Shown: positions 9,486 to 18,555 of the stretch, piece after piece
How positions within the stretch are numbered: position 1 is the first letter of the stretch
Layout of the letters: each line of letters opens with the position of its first letter
Program-made: the position numbers and the translations under genes
Notes under the pieces: generated by a model
What the model was told of the DNA's origin: nothing
Database searches by the model: none
Seen by the model: only the letters and a program-made list of their open reading frames with translations
Origin: an uncultured Verrucomicrobiae bacterium
GTDB taxonomy: Bacteria > Verrucomicrobiota > Verrucomicrobiia > Limisphaerales > Palsa-1400
Length of the DNA stretch: 64,000 nt
Reading direction: 5' to 3'
Assembly: GCA_963759415.1 (NCBI GenBank)
Contig: CAVWZG010000004.1
Span: forward strand, 327,842-391,841

Positions 9486-10376
9486 TCATCGATGTATCTC
9501 CAACTCCGTGACGAATTCGCTAACGGGATAATGGAAGTTTCCGGTCTCAACTAACCATCGAAGTTTCCGGCGTAGGACTTCATCAAGAGGCAACGCGTGC
9601 TCCAACGCGTAATGCAAATCCTGACCATCAATTCCGATCATCGCAGAAGGACGAAGTCGCTCGTGCGCAGTAATCCCATCCTTCGAGAAGCAATCTGCCG
9701 TTATGAAAATGCCACGACCGATTTGGGAGTGACCGGAAACGCGAGAATCAAGCACTGCTAGGTCACCCTGCACAATAGGCTCACTCTGCCATTTGGCCTC
9801 GATTAGATATACCTCGTGTCCAAACTCGATGCTCCCATCAATCTGTTCACCCACGATGCGAAACGATGGCCTGGGATTAAACCGGTAAGCATCAAAGAGG
9901 TCATAAAGAAATTTCTCCAAAGCATAGCCACGGTCATGTGGCGGCAAAGTGCTTATTTGGAGAAATCGGTTTCGTAAGGCTGCCAGGGTTTCACGACTGA
10001 CAAGAGGTTGGAGTTTCGGAGGCGGTTGAGCTGTTATGGATGTGGGTTGGCCAGCAAGGCGTTCCGCAATTTGGCGGCATTTTTCAGCGCGGGCTCTTGC
10101 CTCAGCGTTCGGTGAAATGTTCAGAGTTACGTCGTAGTCAACCAGAGCGATGATGATCTTCGCCACGATGGGGTCGGACTCAACCTTCCAGAATATGCGA
10201 AGCTTGTTGGCTTTAGAAGTGCCCCCGGTTTTATATTTCTCGTTGTGAATATCGCGATCAACCGCCTCGAACACAAACTCCCCGAACGTGCGGTCCGAGA
10301 AGTTCAGAACGTAACCGCTCGCCATGCCGAAGTGCTGCTCAAGAATTTGCCGCTCTGCCATCTTTAGTGAACTCAT
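9486..10376 (-). CDS. Mrr-type PD-(D/E)xK restriction-endonuclease-domain protein with an unassigned about 110-aa N-terminal domain
   Basis: The C-terminal half reads RGYALEKFLYDLFDAYRFNPRPSFRIVGEQIDGSIEFGHEVYLIEAKWQ...GRGIFITADCFSKDG, giving the D...E-x-K core of Mrr_cat-like nucleases. Its ATG overlaps the stop of the upstream ORF (ATGA at 10376-10373). Confidence 0.6.
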   Translation of the reverse strand: MSSLKMAERQILEQHFGMASGYVLNFSDRTFGEFVFEAVDRDIHNEKYKTGGTSKANKLRIFWKVESDPIVAKIIIALVDYDVTLNISPNAEARARAEKCRQIAERLAGQPTSITAQPPPKLQPLVSRETLAALRNRFLQISTLPPHDRGYALEKFLYDLFDAYRFNPRPSFRIVGEQIDGSIEFGHEVYLIEAKWQSEPIVQGDLAVLDSRVSGHSQIGRGIFITADCFSKDGITAHERLRPSAMIGIDGQDLHYALEHALPLDEVLRRKLRWLVETGNFHYPVSEFVTELEIHR

Positions 10377-11092
10377 GCGGCCTCCGTTTTGAATTCCACT
10401 TGGCCCGAGAGCAGACGCGGCAGGAGCAGGTCGCGCGTGCGGCGGAGGTTTTGGATTTGGAGATGGAGTTTCTGGATGATCTCCGCCGCCGTCTGACCCG
10501 TGATGGCCCAGTGCATTTTGTTCTGCACGGTCTGGAAGAACTCAATGCTCTCGGGCTGGGTGGGGTCGTAGTCAATACTGGTGGAATAAATGTCGGTGAT
10601 CTTTTGGTAAAATCGCCGCTCGGAAGTACGGATGTCCTGAATCCGCCGGAGCAACTCTTCAAAATAATCAAAGGGTTGGTCGGGATTTTTCAGGCGCTCG
10701 TCGTCCAGAACGAACCCCTTAACGATGTATTCGCGGAGTTTTTGGGTGGCCCAAATGCGAAAACGGGTGGCAACGGCGCTCTTGACGCGGTAGCCGACGG
10801 AAATAATGGCATCAAGGTTGTAGAAATGGGAGCGATAATCCTTCCCATCAGCGGCAGTTATAAAGAAATCCTTTACTACTTAATCCTCGGTCAATTCCCC
10901 CTCTTCAAAGATGTTTTTCAGGTGCTGGCCGACGTTTTGTTTGCTGCTTTGAAACAGATCAGCCATGTGCTGCTGGGTCAGCCAAACCGTCTCGTTTTCC
11001 AGCCGGACATCAATTTTCGCCTGGCCGTCTTCCCCGCGATAGACGACAAACTGCCCCTTGGGCGGCATATCGGGTTCTTGGGGATTGCTCAT
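10373..11092 (-). pseudogene. RhuM-family gene with an in-frame TAA, fused at its 3' end to the last about 25 codons of an hsdS gene
   Basis: The N-terminal ORF (10880-11092) has IDVRLENETVWLTQQHMADLFQSSKQNVGQHLKNIFEEGEL. After TAA at 10882-10880 the same frame continues (own translation): KDFFITAADGKDYRSHFYNLDAIISVGYRVKSAVATRFRIWATQKLREYIVKGFVLDDERLKNP...RTSERRFYQKITDIYSTSIDYD...QNKMHWAITGQTAAEII. It then switches to LHLQIQNLRRTRDLLLPRLLSGQVEF, a typical HsdS C-terminal tail. Confidence 0.55.
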
Positions 11093-11221
11093 GTTTCAAC
11101 CCATTGCATAATTCTGAGCAATCGTAGGCTGTTCGCGGACAGAAGCAATTCATATCCACGGCTTGAACGCGCTCAACTTTAAACTTTAATCTTTAAATTT
11201 TGCGGCTATTTTTCTCTCCGC

Positions 11222-12112
11222 ATGTCAAACGATCCATTGCTGACCTTGGAACTGCCCGGCGTCAAAAAGCTCAAAAGCGGCAAAGTCCGCGAAGTCTTCG
11301 ACTTGGGCCAACGCCTGTTGTTCGTCGCCACCGACCGCATCTCCGCCTTCGATTGCGTCATGCCTAACGGCATCCCGCGCAAGGGCGAGGTGCTGACGCA
11401 AATTTCCTATTTTTGGTTCGACCAAACCGCGAGCCTGGTACCCAACCATCTGGCCTCCAAGGCCGGCGAACCTCTGCCGCCGGAGTTGCAAAAGTACTCC
11501 GCCCTCCTGAACCGTCGCAGCATGGTGGTGCAAAAGGCGCAGCCTTTGGCCATCGAATGCGTGGTGCGCGGCTATCTCTCCGGCTCCGGCTGGAAGGATT
11601 ATCAGAAGACCGGCTCGGTTTGCGGCATCAAATTGCCGCCCGGCTTGCGCGAATCCTCCCGTTTGCCGGAACCTCTCTTCACTCCCGCGACCAAGGCCGA
11701 AACCGGGCACGACGAAAATATTTCCTTCGCACAAGCTTGCGAAATCACGGGCCGCAACCTCGCGGAAAAGGCGCGTGAGTTGAGCCTGAAAATCTATTCG
11801 TTCGCCGCCGATTACGCCTTGCGGCGAGGCATCATAATCGCGGACACGAAATTCGAGTTTGGCCTGATCGAGGGCAAGCTGGTGTTGATCGACGAGGCGC
11901 TCACGCCCGATTCCTCCCGCTTCTGGCCCGCCGACCAATACGAAGCCGGACGCAGCCAGGCGAGTTTTGACAAGCAGTATGTCCGCGATTACCTGGAAAC
12001 GCTGTCCTGGAACAAGCAACCGCCCGCCCCTGCCCTGCCCCCGGAGGTCGTCGCCCGCACCACCGGGAAATATCTGGAGGCATACACGCGGTTGACGGGG
12101 CGGACGTTATGA
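11222..12112 (+). CDS. purC: Phosphoribosylaminoimidazole-succinocarboxamide (SAICAR) synthase
   Basis: 296 aa with KSGKVREVFD, LLFVATDRISAFDCVMPNGIPRKGEVLTQIS, ADTKFEFG and LIDEALTPDSSRFW motifs. Confidence 0.9.
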   Translation: MSNDPLLTLELPGVKKLKSGKVREVFDLGQRLLFVATDRISAFDCVMPNGIPRKGEVLTQISYFWFDQTASLVPNHLASKAGEPLPPELQKYSALLNRRSMVVQKAQPLAIECVVRGYLSGSGWKDYQKTGSVCGIKLPPGLRESSRLPEPLFTPATKAETGHDENISFAQACEITGRNLAEKARELSLKIYSFAADYALRRGIIIADTKFEFGLIEGKLVLIDEALTPDSSRFWPADQYEAGRSQASFDKQYVRDYLETLSWNKQPPAPALPPEVVARTTGKYLEAYTRLTGRTL

Positions 12113-12116
12113 GGCC

Positions 12117-13075
<959 letters not shown>

Positions 13076-13079
<4 letters not shown>

Positions 13080-13504
13080 CCGGCCTCATGGTGCGGGCGC
13101 AAGAATGGGGTCAATCTTTCACCCAGGCCCTTGGGCAGGCGTTTGGGTTTTTCGTCCAAGCCGACGCAGACGTGCCGCGTTTCCCCTTCCACCAGCGATG
13201 TGCCGTTGGCGTGGAGAATGCGAAAACCGACGTTTAATCGAATGCCGCGCATGTCGGCGATCCACAATTGAATGGTAAGCACATCGTCATAGCGGGCTGG
13301 TCCTTTATAGGCGATTTCGACCCCGATGACCGGGAAGACCGTGCCGCTTTCCTGCAAGGCCAGCAGCGGGCAGCCGGCCTGGCGAAACAACTCGCCGCGC
13401 GCTTCTTCCAGCATGTCGAGGTAACGCGCGTAATAGACGTGGTTGCCCACCGTGCATTCCGCATAGACCACCCGGTGCTGGTATTGAAAAACCGAATCAG
13501 ACAT
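13076..13504 (-). CDS. Hotdog-fold acyl-CoA thioesterase (4HBT/YbgC family)
   Basis: 142 aa reading YQHRVVYAECTVGNHVYYARYLDMLEEARGELFRQAG...VFPVIGVEIAYKGPARYDDVL, the typical YbgC-type pattern. Confidence 0.8.
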
Positions 13505-13808
13505 GGTGAAATTTTCTCATTGGCCGGACGCGATTGGCAAGATTTCTCTGCGCCTCTCCGAGAACCTGTCTTTTGCTCAATTTGTAATCCGTGGCCTGAT
13601 CATTCGGATCGAAGATCCTGCCGTTTTGCCACACTCAGCCTCCTTCTCATCGATCAACTTTCGTTCCTTCGGCTACGGCGAGGAATTGGGCAGAATTATG
13701 GGCCGCAAGGTGGACTTTTGCTCGCGACTCAACAAACACATCGAAGCAGACGTGCGCCGGGAACCGATGCCTATTCATGAGCATGCACCGGTTGTCGAGG
13801 AAGGCGCT

Positions 13809-14141
13809 TTAATCGGTGGCGGACAAGCGAAGCATATCCCGGACTTTTTCCCGGATGGCTCGACGGCGAGCAAGCGTGACGTTTCCGCGTTTGGCAGTGA
13901 GGAGTGGGACATCGATGGACCACAAGATTGAGCAATCGCAAAACGTTTCCCAACTCAGTCCATCCTCCATGTCCAGCATGACCTCGAAAGGGTAAGGTTT
14001 CCGGCTCTGCCTCTGGCTGGTGCAGAACAGGACATTGAGTACTTGCGCCCTCGCGCAACGATCCGGGTGAGATACCAGGACAACCGGGTGAAGGCCCTTC
14101 TTTGGAAAAACGCAGTCCCAGACCTCGAACTGGGTCTTCAT
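13809..14141 (-). CDS. PemK/MazF-like type II toxin
   Basis: 110 aa reading FEVWDCVFPKKGLHPVVLVSHPDR...VLFCTSQRQSRKPYPFEVML...CDCSILWSIDVPLLTAKRGNVTLARRRAIREKV. The order of elements fits the MazF fold. Its ATG overlaps the antitoxin stop (ATGA at 14141-14138). Confidence 0.55.
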   Translation of the reverse strand: MKTQFEVWDCVFPKKGLHPVVLVSHPDRCARAQVLNVLFCTSQRQSRKPYPFEVMLDMEDGLSWETFCDCSILWSIDVPLLTAKRGNVTLARRRAIREKVRDMLRLSATD

Positions 14142-14386
14142 TTTGGCCCTTTGACAGAGCCGGACAGGATCGCCAATTCTTCGTTGTCCCTCTCCGGTGT
14201 GAAGTACTTGAGCAGGGAGCCAGGGGGGAACGTTTCTTTAGGCTCTTGCGCCACGAGGCGGCGTCCGCGTATCTCGCCGCCCTCGGCACGCCACTCCACC
14301 TGGTCATTGGGCTTGAGGCCAATCGCTTCGCAAACCGCTTCCGGGAGAGTCATTCGGCGTTTCTTGTCGATTATGGTCGCATTCAT
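14138..14386 (-). CDS. AbrB/MazE/SpoVT-type antitoxin
   Basis: From internal ATG 14386: MNATIIDKKRRMTLPEAVCEAIGLKPNDQVEWRAEGGEIRGRRL, a swapped-hairpin AbrB-like motif. It sits directly upstream of, and overlaps, the toxin gene. Confidence 0.55.
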   Translation of the reverse strand: MNATIIDKKRRMTLPEAVCEAIGLKPNDQVEWRAEGGEIRGRRLVAQEPKETFPPGSLLKYFTPERDNEELAILSGSVKGPK

Positions 14387-14635
14387 GGAGGGATTATCCC
14401 TCTGAAACAGCCCTGTTTCAAGCATTTTCGGCGAATTTTCCTGGCACGGCTCCACGGATTTTTTCGCCAAAGAGGCGGGATGTCAGGAAAGATTGGGCGA
14501 AAAAGAAATCCGGGTGATGAATCGTAAGAATGGAAATGGTGGACTTCGTGGACGGAATGGACCTGATTACGAGGCTTCCGCCGTCGCCTGGCGGCTGTGG
14601 CGGGACAAGTTGGCGGGCAAGGGCAAGGGAAAGGG

Positions 14636-14711
14636 GGCAGAGGAATGGCTGGCAGAGGAATTGGAGGAAGAATTTAAAGTCATATTCCTCTTGCCACTTA
14701 TTCCACTGGCA
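14636..14711. repeat. Double-hairpin repeat element built from GGCAGAGGAAT units (copy 1)
   Basis: GGCAGAGGAAT at 14636-14646 and TGGCAGAGGAAT at 14650-14661 face ATTCCTCTTGCCA at 14684-14696 and ATTCCACTGGCA at 14700-14711. The same architecture and spacer motif (GAAGAA...AAGTCNTATTCCTCT) occurs at 40650-40728. Confidence 0.6.
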
Positions 14712-14951
14712 AAGGACGCCTGGGATTCGAGTACCTCAACGTCCGGAATATCAAGCGAACAACTTTGCAAGATCGCGTGGTGGGAAAAGGCCTGAAATGT
14801 TACCGCGAAGCTGAATTGGAACTCTTGGAGATTTGGATTAACGCTGCCGAATCTGGAGATATGCATGAGGGATGCGTCAGTGCCGCAGTTTGACTGCAAT
14901 GGTCCGAGAGGCTTTTCAGAGATGATGAGCGAGTAGCGGCCAAAAAATAAG

Positions 14952-15527
14952 TCAAACCCTCAGCGGTCTTACGTCCACGGCTTCCATGCCGGCGGCGCGG
15001 ATGGCTTGCAAGCCAAGGTCTGTGTCTTCGTAGGCGCGGCAATATTGCGGCGGGACGCCCAGACGGCGGGCGGCTTCCAGGAAGATGTCGGGGGCGGGCT
15101 TCTGGCGCTGGACGTGTTCGCTCGTTACTACGGCTTGGAAATATTGGCGCAGTCCGAGATGCTCCAGGACTTCAATGATGTTCGCCTGGTGGCCGCCGGA
15201 GGCGACGGCCATGGGGAGCTTGCCGGCGTTGGCGCGCACGATCCGCACGACCGGCTCGATTTCACGTATCTCCGGCAGGAAGGGCATGTAGGCGGCTTCT
15301 TTTTCTTTGGAGGCGGCCACTGGGTCGAGTCGCAGGTTTTGCTCGGCGTTGAGCATTTGCAGGATGTCGCGGGAAGGGACGCCGCCCAAGGCGTAAAAGC
15401 GGTCTTCCGGAAAATGAATGCCGTAGCGCTGCGCCACGGTCTGCCAGGCGCGCCAGTGCAACGGCATGGTGTCGGCCAGGGTTCCGTCGCAGTCGAAGAT
15501 CAGGGCTTGGGGATGGGGTTGATTCAT
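14952..15527 (-). CDS. HAD-superfamily hydrolase (beta-phosphoglucomutase-like subfamily IA)
   Basis: From internal ATG 15527: MNQPHPQALIFDCDGTLADT (DxDGT motif I), VASGG, KPAPDIFLEAARRLGV, YEDTDLGLQAIRAAGM. The track ORF's 102-aa Arg/Pro-rich N-terminal extension overlaps prfA and was discarded. ATGA overlap with the prfA stop. Confidence 0.8.
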   Translation of the reverse strand: MNQPHPQALIFDCDGTLADTMPLHWRAWQTVAQRYGIHFPEDRFYALGGVPSRDILQMLNAEQNLRLDPVAASKEKEAAYMPFLPEIREIEPVVRIVRANAGKLPMAVASGGHQANIIEVLEHLGLRQYFQAVVTSEHVQRQKPAPDIFLEAARRLGVPPQYCRAYEDTDLGLQAIRAAGMEAVDVRPLRV

Positions 15528-16603
15528 GATTTCACGGCTGCAAGGCGTTGTTCCAAGTCGTCGGCCATGAGCGGTTCGATGATGCAGTCGAGTTCGCCCT
15601 CGATGAACCGGGGCAGGTTGTAAAGGGTCAGTTCGATGCGATGGTCGGTGACGCGGTTTTGCGGGAAATTGTAGGTGCGAATGCGTTCGTTGCGCCCGCC
15701 GGTGCCGACTTGCTCTTTGCGGCGGGCAGCGTACTTGGCGTTCTCTTCGGCAACTTTGATCTCCAACAGGCGGGAACGCAGGACGGTCATGGCCTGGACT
15801 TTGTTTTTTTGCTGCGAACGTTCGTCGGCGCAACGGACGATCATGCCGGTGGGCTTGTGGATGATCTGCACGGCGGAATCGGTGGTGTTGACTCCCTGGC
15901 CGCCTTTGCCGGAGGCGCGGCAGACGTTGATCTCCAATTCGTCGGGCTTGATTTCAATATCCACTTCCTTGGCCTCCGGCAGGACGGCGACGGTGGCGGT
16001 GCTGGTGTGGATGCGGCCCTGGGCTTCGGTGGCTGGGACGCGCTGGACGCGGTGGACGCCGCTTTCGTATTTGAGGCGCTTGAAAACGTCGGCGCCGGTG
16101 ACGCCGAAAATAATTTCCTTGAAGCCGCCCAGATCCGAGGGGCTGCTGTCCATGTTTTCGACCTTCCAGCCGCGGCCTTCGGCGTAACGGGAGTACATGC
16201 GATGGAGGTCGGCGGCGAAGAGGGCGGATTCGTTGCCGCCGGCGCCGGCGCGAATTTCGACGATGGTGTTGCGGGAATCGGCGGGGTCGGGCGGGGCCAG
16301 GCCGATCTGCACTTCCCGGCCCAGGCGGCCGGCGCGGATTTGAAGGGCGGCGACTTCCTCGCGGGTCAATTGCGCCAGTTCGCTGTCGGCCGGCTCGGTT
16401 TTGAGAAATGTCTCGTGCTGGGCGAGATCGTCCAGCGCCTTGAGATAGCCTTGGCCGGCTTCAGTCAGGACTTTCAGGCGGGCGTACTCGCGCGAAAGCT
16501 CCTGGGATCGGGAAGGATTCTCAAAAAGCTTGGGATCACTCAAAGCGGCTTCAAGTTCACCCAGGCGGCGGGTGAATTTTTCGATGTGGGGGCGCAGATT
16601 CAT
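15524..16603 (-). CDS. prfA: Peptide chain release factor 1
   Basis: GGQGVNTTDSAVQIIHKPTG (GGQ loop), RVPATEAQGRIHTS (PxT tripeptide, RF1-type), ERSQQKNKVQAMTVLRSRL. Start chosen at MNLRPHIEKF (16603). Confidence 0.9.
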   Translation of the reverse strand: MNLRPHIEKFTRRLGELEAALSDPKLFENPSRSQELSREYARLKVLTEAGQGYLKALDDLAQHETFLKTEPADSELAQLTREEVAALQIRAGRLGREVQIGLAPPDPADSRNTIVEIRAGAGGNESALFAADLHRMYSRYAEGRGWKVENMDSSPSDLGGFKEIIFGVTGADVFKRLKYESGVHRVQRVPATEAQGRIHTSTATVAVLPEAKEVDIEIKPDELEINVCRASGKGGQGVNTTDSAVQIIHKPTGMIVRCADERSQQKNKVQAMTVLRSRLLEIKVAEENAKYAARRKEQVGTGGRNERIRTYNFPQNRVTDHRIELTLYNLPRFIEGELDCIIEPLMADDLEQRLAAVKS

Positions 16604-16669
16604 GGGCGGCCCAAAAGCAACCCGCCCGCCCAAGCAACAACTTGGACGGGCGGGTGAAGGCAAAAGGAC

Positions 16670-16915
16670 CTATTTCCGCTTTTTCTTATAGGAGGCGGTG
16701 AGAGCCTGGGCGGCCTGGGTCTTGACCATGCGCTGCTGGAATTTATCGACGCGGCCGGCGGTATCGACGAATTTCTGGGTGCCCGTGTAAAAGGGGTGGC
16801 AGACGTTGCAGATGCCGACCAGGATGGTGGGCTTGGTGGAACGGGTTTTGATGATGTTGCCGCAGGCGCAACGAATTTCCGACTCCACGTACTTGGGATG
16901 TATTTTCGCTTTCAT
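16670..16915 (-). CDS. rpmE: 50S ribosomal protein L31
   Basis: [27 protein letters not shown]...[27 protein letters not shown], the canonical L31 sequence with CxxC pairs. Confidence 0.9.
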   Translation of the reverse strand: MKAKIHPKYVESEIRCACGNIIKTRSTKPTILVGICNVCHPFYTGTQKFVDTAGRVDKFQQRMVKTQAAQALTASYKKKRK

Positions 16916-16993
16916 AAGAACAAGGCGGTTAAGGTAAGCAGCGTTGGGGGAATAGACAAGTGTTAATTTTTAGGCGCGGCAAAGATTAAGATT

Positions 16994-17017
16994 AAGGGGC
17001 GGATCCCTTGGCCCCTT
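16994..17017 (-). terminator. Hairpin immediately after the phoU stop; possible intrinsic terminator
   Basis: Minus strand after TAA (17020-17018): AAGGGGC-CAAGGGATCC-GCCCCTT (7-bp GC stem), followed by AATCTTAATCTTT. The T-tract is weak. Confidence 0.35.
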
Positions 17018-17677
17018 TTACCCGCGGTGGATTTCGTGGCGGATGTCGCGGGCTTCGCACAGATAAACCACTTCCTCGGCGATGTTGGCGGCGTGGTCGG
17101 CCACGCGCTCCAGGCTCTTGGCGACGGTCATCAGGTTCAGGCAGCGGCTGATGGCGGTGGGAAGCTCGGCCATGTAGGTGGAAAGCTCGCGATACATCTG
17201 CCGGTTGAGAGCATCGACTTCCTTGTCGCGGGGGATGATGGCGCGGGCTTTTTCGGGTTCCTTGCGGACAAAACTGTCCAGCGCGTCCTTGAGCAGGACC
17301 AGGGCGATGGCGGCCATGCGGGGGATGTCAATAAAAGGTTTAAGCTGCGGCTCCTGGTTCAATTCCATGGCGCGGCGGGAAATGGTGGTGGCTTCGTCGC
17401 CGATGCGTTCAAGATTTTGCGAAATTTTCATGGCCACGGTGATGAGGCGCAAATCCGAAGCCAGCGGGGCCTTGGCCAGGAGGCTGATCCCCAGGTCGTC
17501 GATCTCCACTTCCAATTGATCCACCAGATCGTCGTTCTCCTGGACTTTCAGGGCGAGGTCGTCGTTGCGCTCCACGAGGGCCTGGACGGCTTGGCTGACG
17601 GCGCTTTCGGCGTAACTGCCCATGGTCAGGAGCTTCTCCTTGAAGACGGCCAATTCTTCATCGAAATACACTTGCAT
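17018..17677 (-). CDS. phoU: Phosphate signalling complex protein PhoU
   Basis: 219 aa with two PhoU repeats (DDLVDQLEVEIDDLGISLLA...; ERIGDEATTISRRA / ERVADHAANIAEEVVY). Confidence 0.9.
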   Translation of the reverse strand: MQVYFDEELAVFKEKLLTMGSYAESAVSQAVQALVERNDDLALKVQENDDLVDQLEVEIDDLGISLLAKAPLASDLRLITVAMKISQNLERIGDEATTISRRAMELNQEPQLKPFIDIPRMAAIALVLLKDALDSFVRKEPEKARAIIPRDKEVDALNRQMYRELSTYMAELPTAISRCLNLMTVAKSLERVADHAANIAEEVVYLCEARDIRHEIHRG

Positions 17678-17700
17678 AATGCAATGTCAACCCATTTGCC

Positions 17701-18555
17701 TCATTTGGCCAGCGGGGTTTTTGAGCCGCGGGTAAGAATGCGGACGCCGGCGTTGAAGGCCAGGGCGAAAAGAATCAAGACCAGCGCGCCCGCCCATGCC
17801 TGGCGATTCCAGTCGTCATAGGGGGCGATGGCGTAGGTGTAAATCTGGCGCGGGAGCGAGGCGGTGGGCTCGGAGAGGCTGTGGCTCCAGAATTGGTTGC
17901 CGGCGGCGGTGAAAAGGAGCGGAGCGGTTTCACCGGCGACGCGGGCGCAGGCCAGCAGAATGCCGGTGATGATGCCCTTGCGGGCGGTTTTGAGGACGAT
18001 GTGCAGGACGCTTTTCCATTTTGGAATGCCCAGGGCCAGCGCCGCTTCCCGGCAACTGTTCGGCACGAGCGCGAGCATCTCCTCGGTCGCGCGGATGACC
18101 AGCGGGATCATGATGAAGCCCAGCGCCAGGCCGCCAGCGTAGGCGGAGGAACCTTTCATTGGCACCACCACCAAAGCATAGACGACGATGCCCCAGACAA
18201 TGGAAGGGGTGCCGTTGAGGATATCGGCCGCGAAACGCACGGACCAGTTGAGCCGGGGCGATCCGAATTCGGAAAGGTAGATGCCGCCCAGCACACCGAC
18301 GGGCACGCCGATCAAGACCGCCAGAGAGACCAGGATGAAGCTGCCGACGATGGCGTTGGCCATGCCGCCGCCGGTTTCGCCGACGGGTTTGGGCAGATGC
18401 GTCAAAAAATTCCAATCCACCGAACTGGCGCCCAGGCGCACGAGGTGGAAGAGAATCAGCGCCAGCGGCAGCATGACGAGCACGGCGCATAAAAAGCAGA
18501 GCGCGGAAATGAGCGTGCTCTTGGTCTTGCGCCATTGGTCGTTGAGAGGGTTCAT
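17701..18555 (-). CDS. pstA: Phosphate ABC transporter permease PstA
   Basis: 284 aa, multi-TM, EAA-loop region REAALALGIPKWKSVLHIVLKTARKGIITG. 4-nt overlap with the pstC stop. Confidence 0.85.
   Translation of the reverse strand: MNPLNDQWRKTKSTLISALCFLCAVLVMLPLALILFHLVRLGASSVDWNFLTHLPKPVGETGGGMANAIVGSFILVSLAVLIGVPVGVLGGIYLSEFGSPRLNWSVRFAADILNGTPSIVWGIVVYALVVVPMKGSSAYAGGLALGFIMIPLVIRATEEMLALVPNSCREAALALGIPKWKSVLHIVLKTARKGIITGILLACARVAGETAPLLFTAAGNQFWSHSLSEPTASLPRQIYTYAIAPYDDWNRQAWAGALVLILFALAFNAGVRILTRGSKTPLAK

Noticed and set aside
8477-9550. The full 357-aa version of the DUF3800 ORF starting at 9550.
   Set aside because: The first about 60 codons are Pro/Ala/Gly-rich and overlap the Mrr-like gene by 65 nt. 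DUF3800 proteins normally begin just before the (F/I)xDESG motif, so a start at 9361 or 9343 is more likely. This remains uncertain.
13503-13931. The 142-aa ORF as a functional MNT-type nucleotidyltransferase.
   Set aside because: Only the C-terminal about 35 residues resemble the family. Catalytic motifs are absent, the ORF reads through into the antisense of the MazF-like gene, and no HEPN partner exists.
14493-14950. ORFs 14493-14795, 14530-14814 and 14567-14899 in the gap upstream of the HAD gene.
   Set aside because: Their translations are driven by the GGCAGAGGAAT repeat element (for example ...SSAPFPLPLP...), and they overlap each other in different frames. No family signature is present. 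The region is treated as non-coding.
17678-17700. A hidden or frameshifted pstB between pstA and phoU.
   Set aside because: Only 23 nt separate the two genes, and no ABC-ATPase motifs occur in any frame of the neighbouring sequence.
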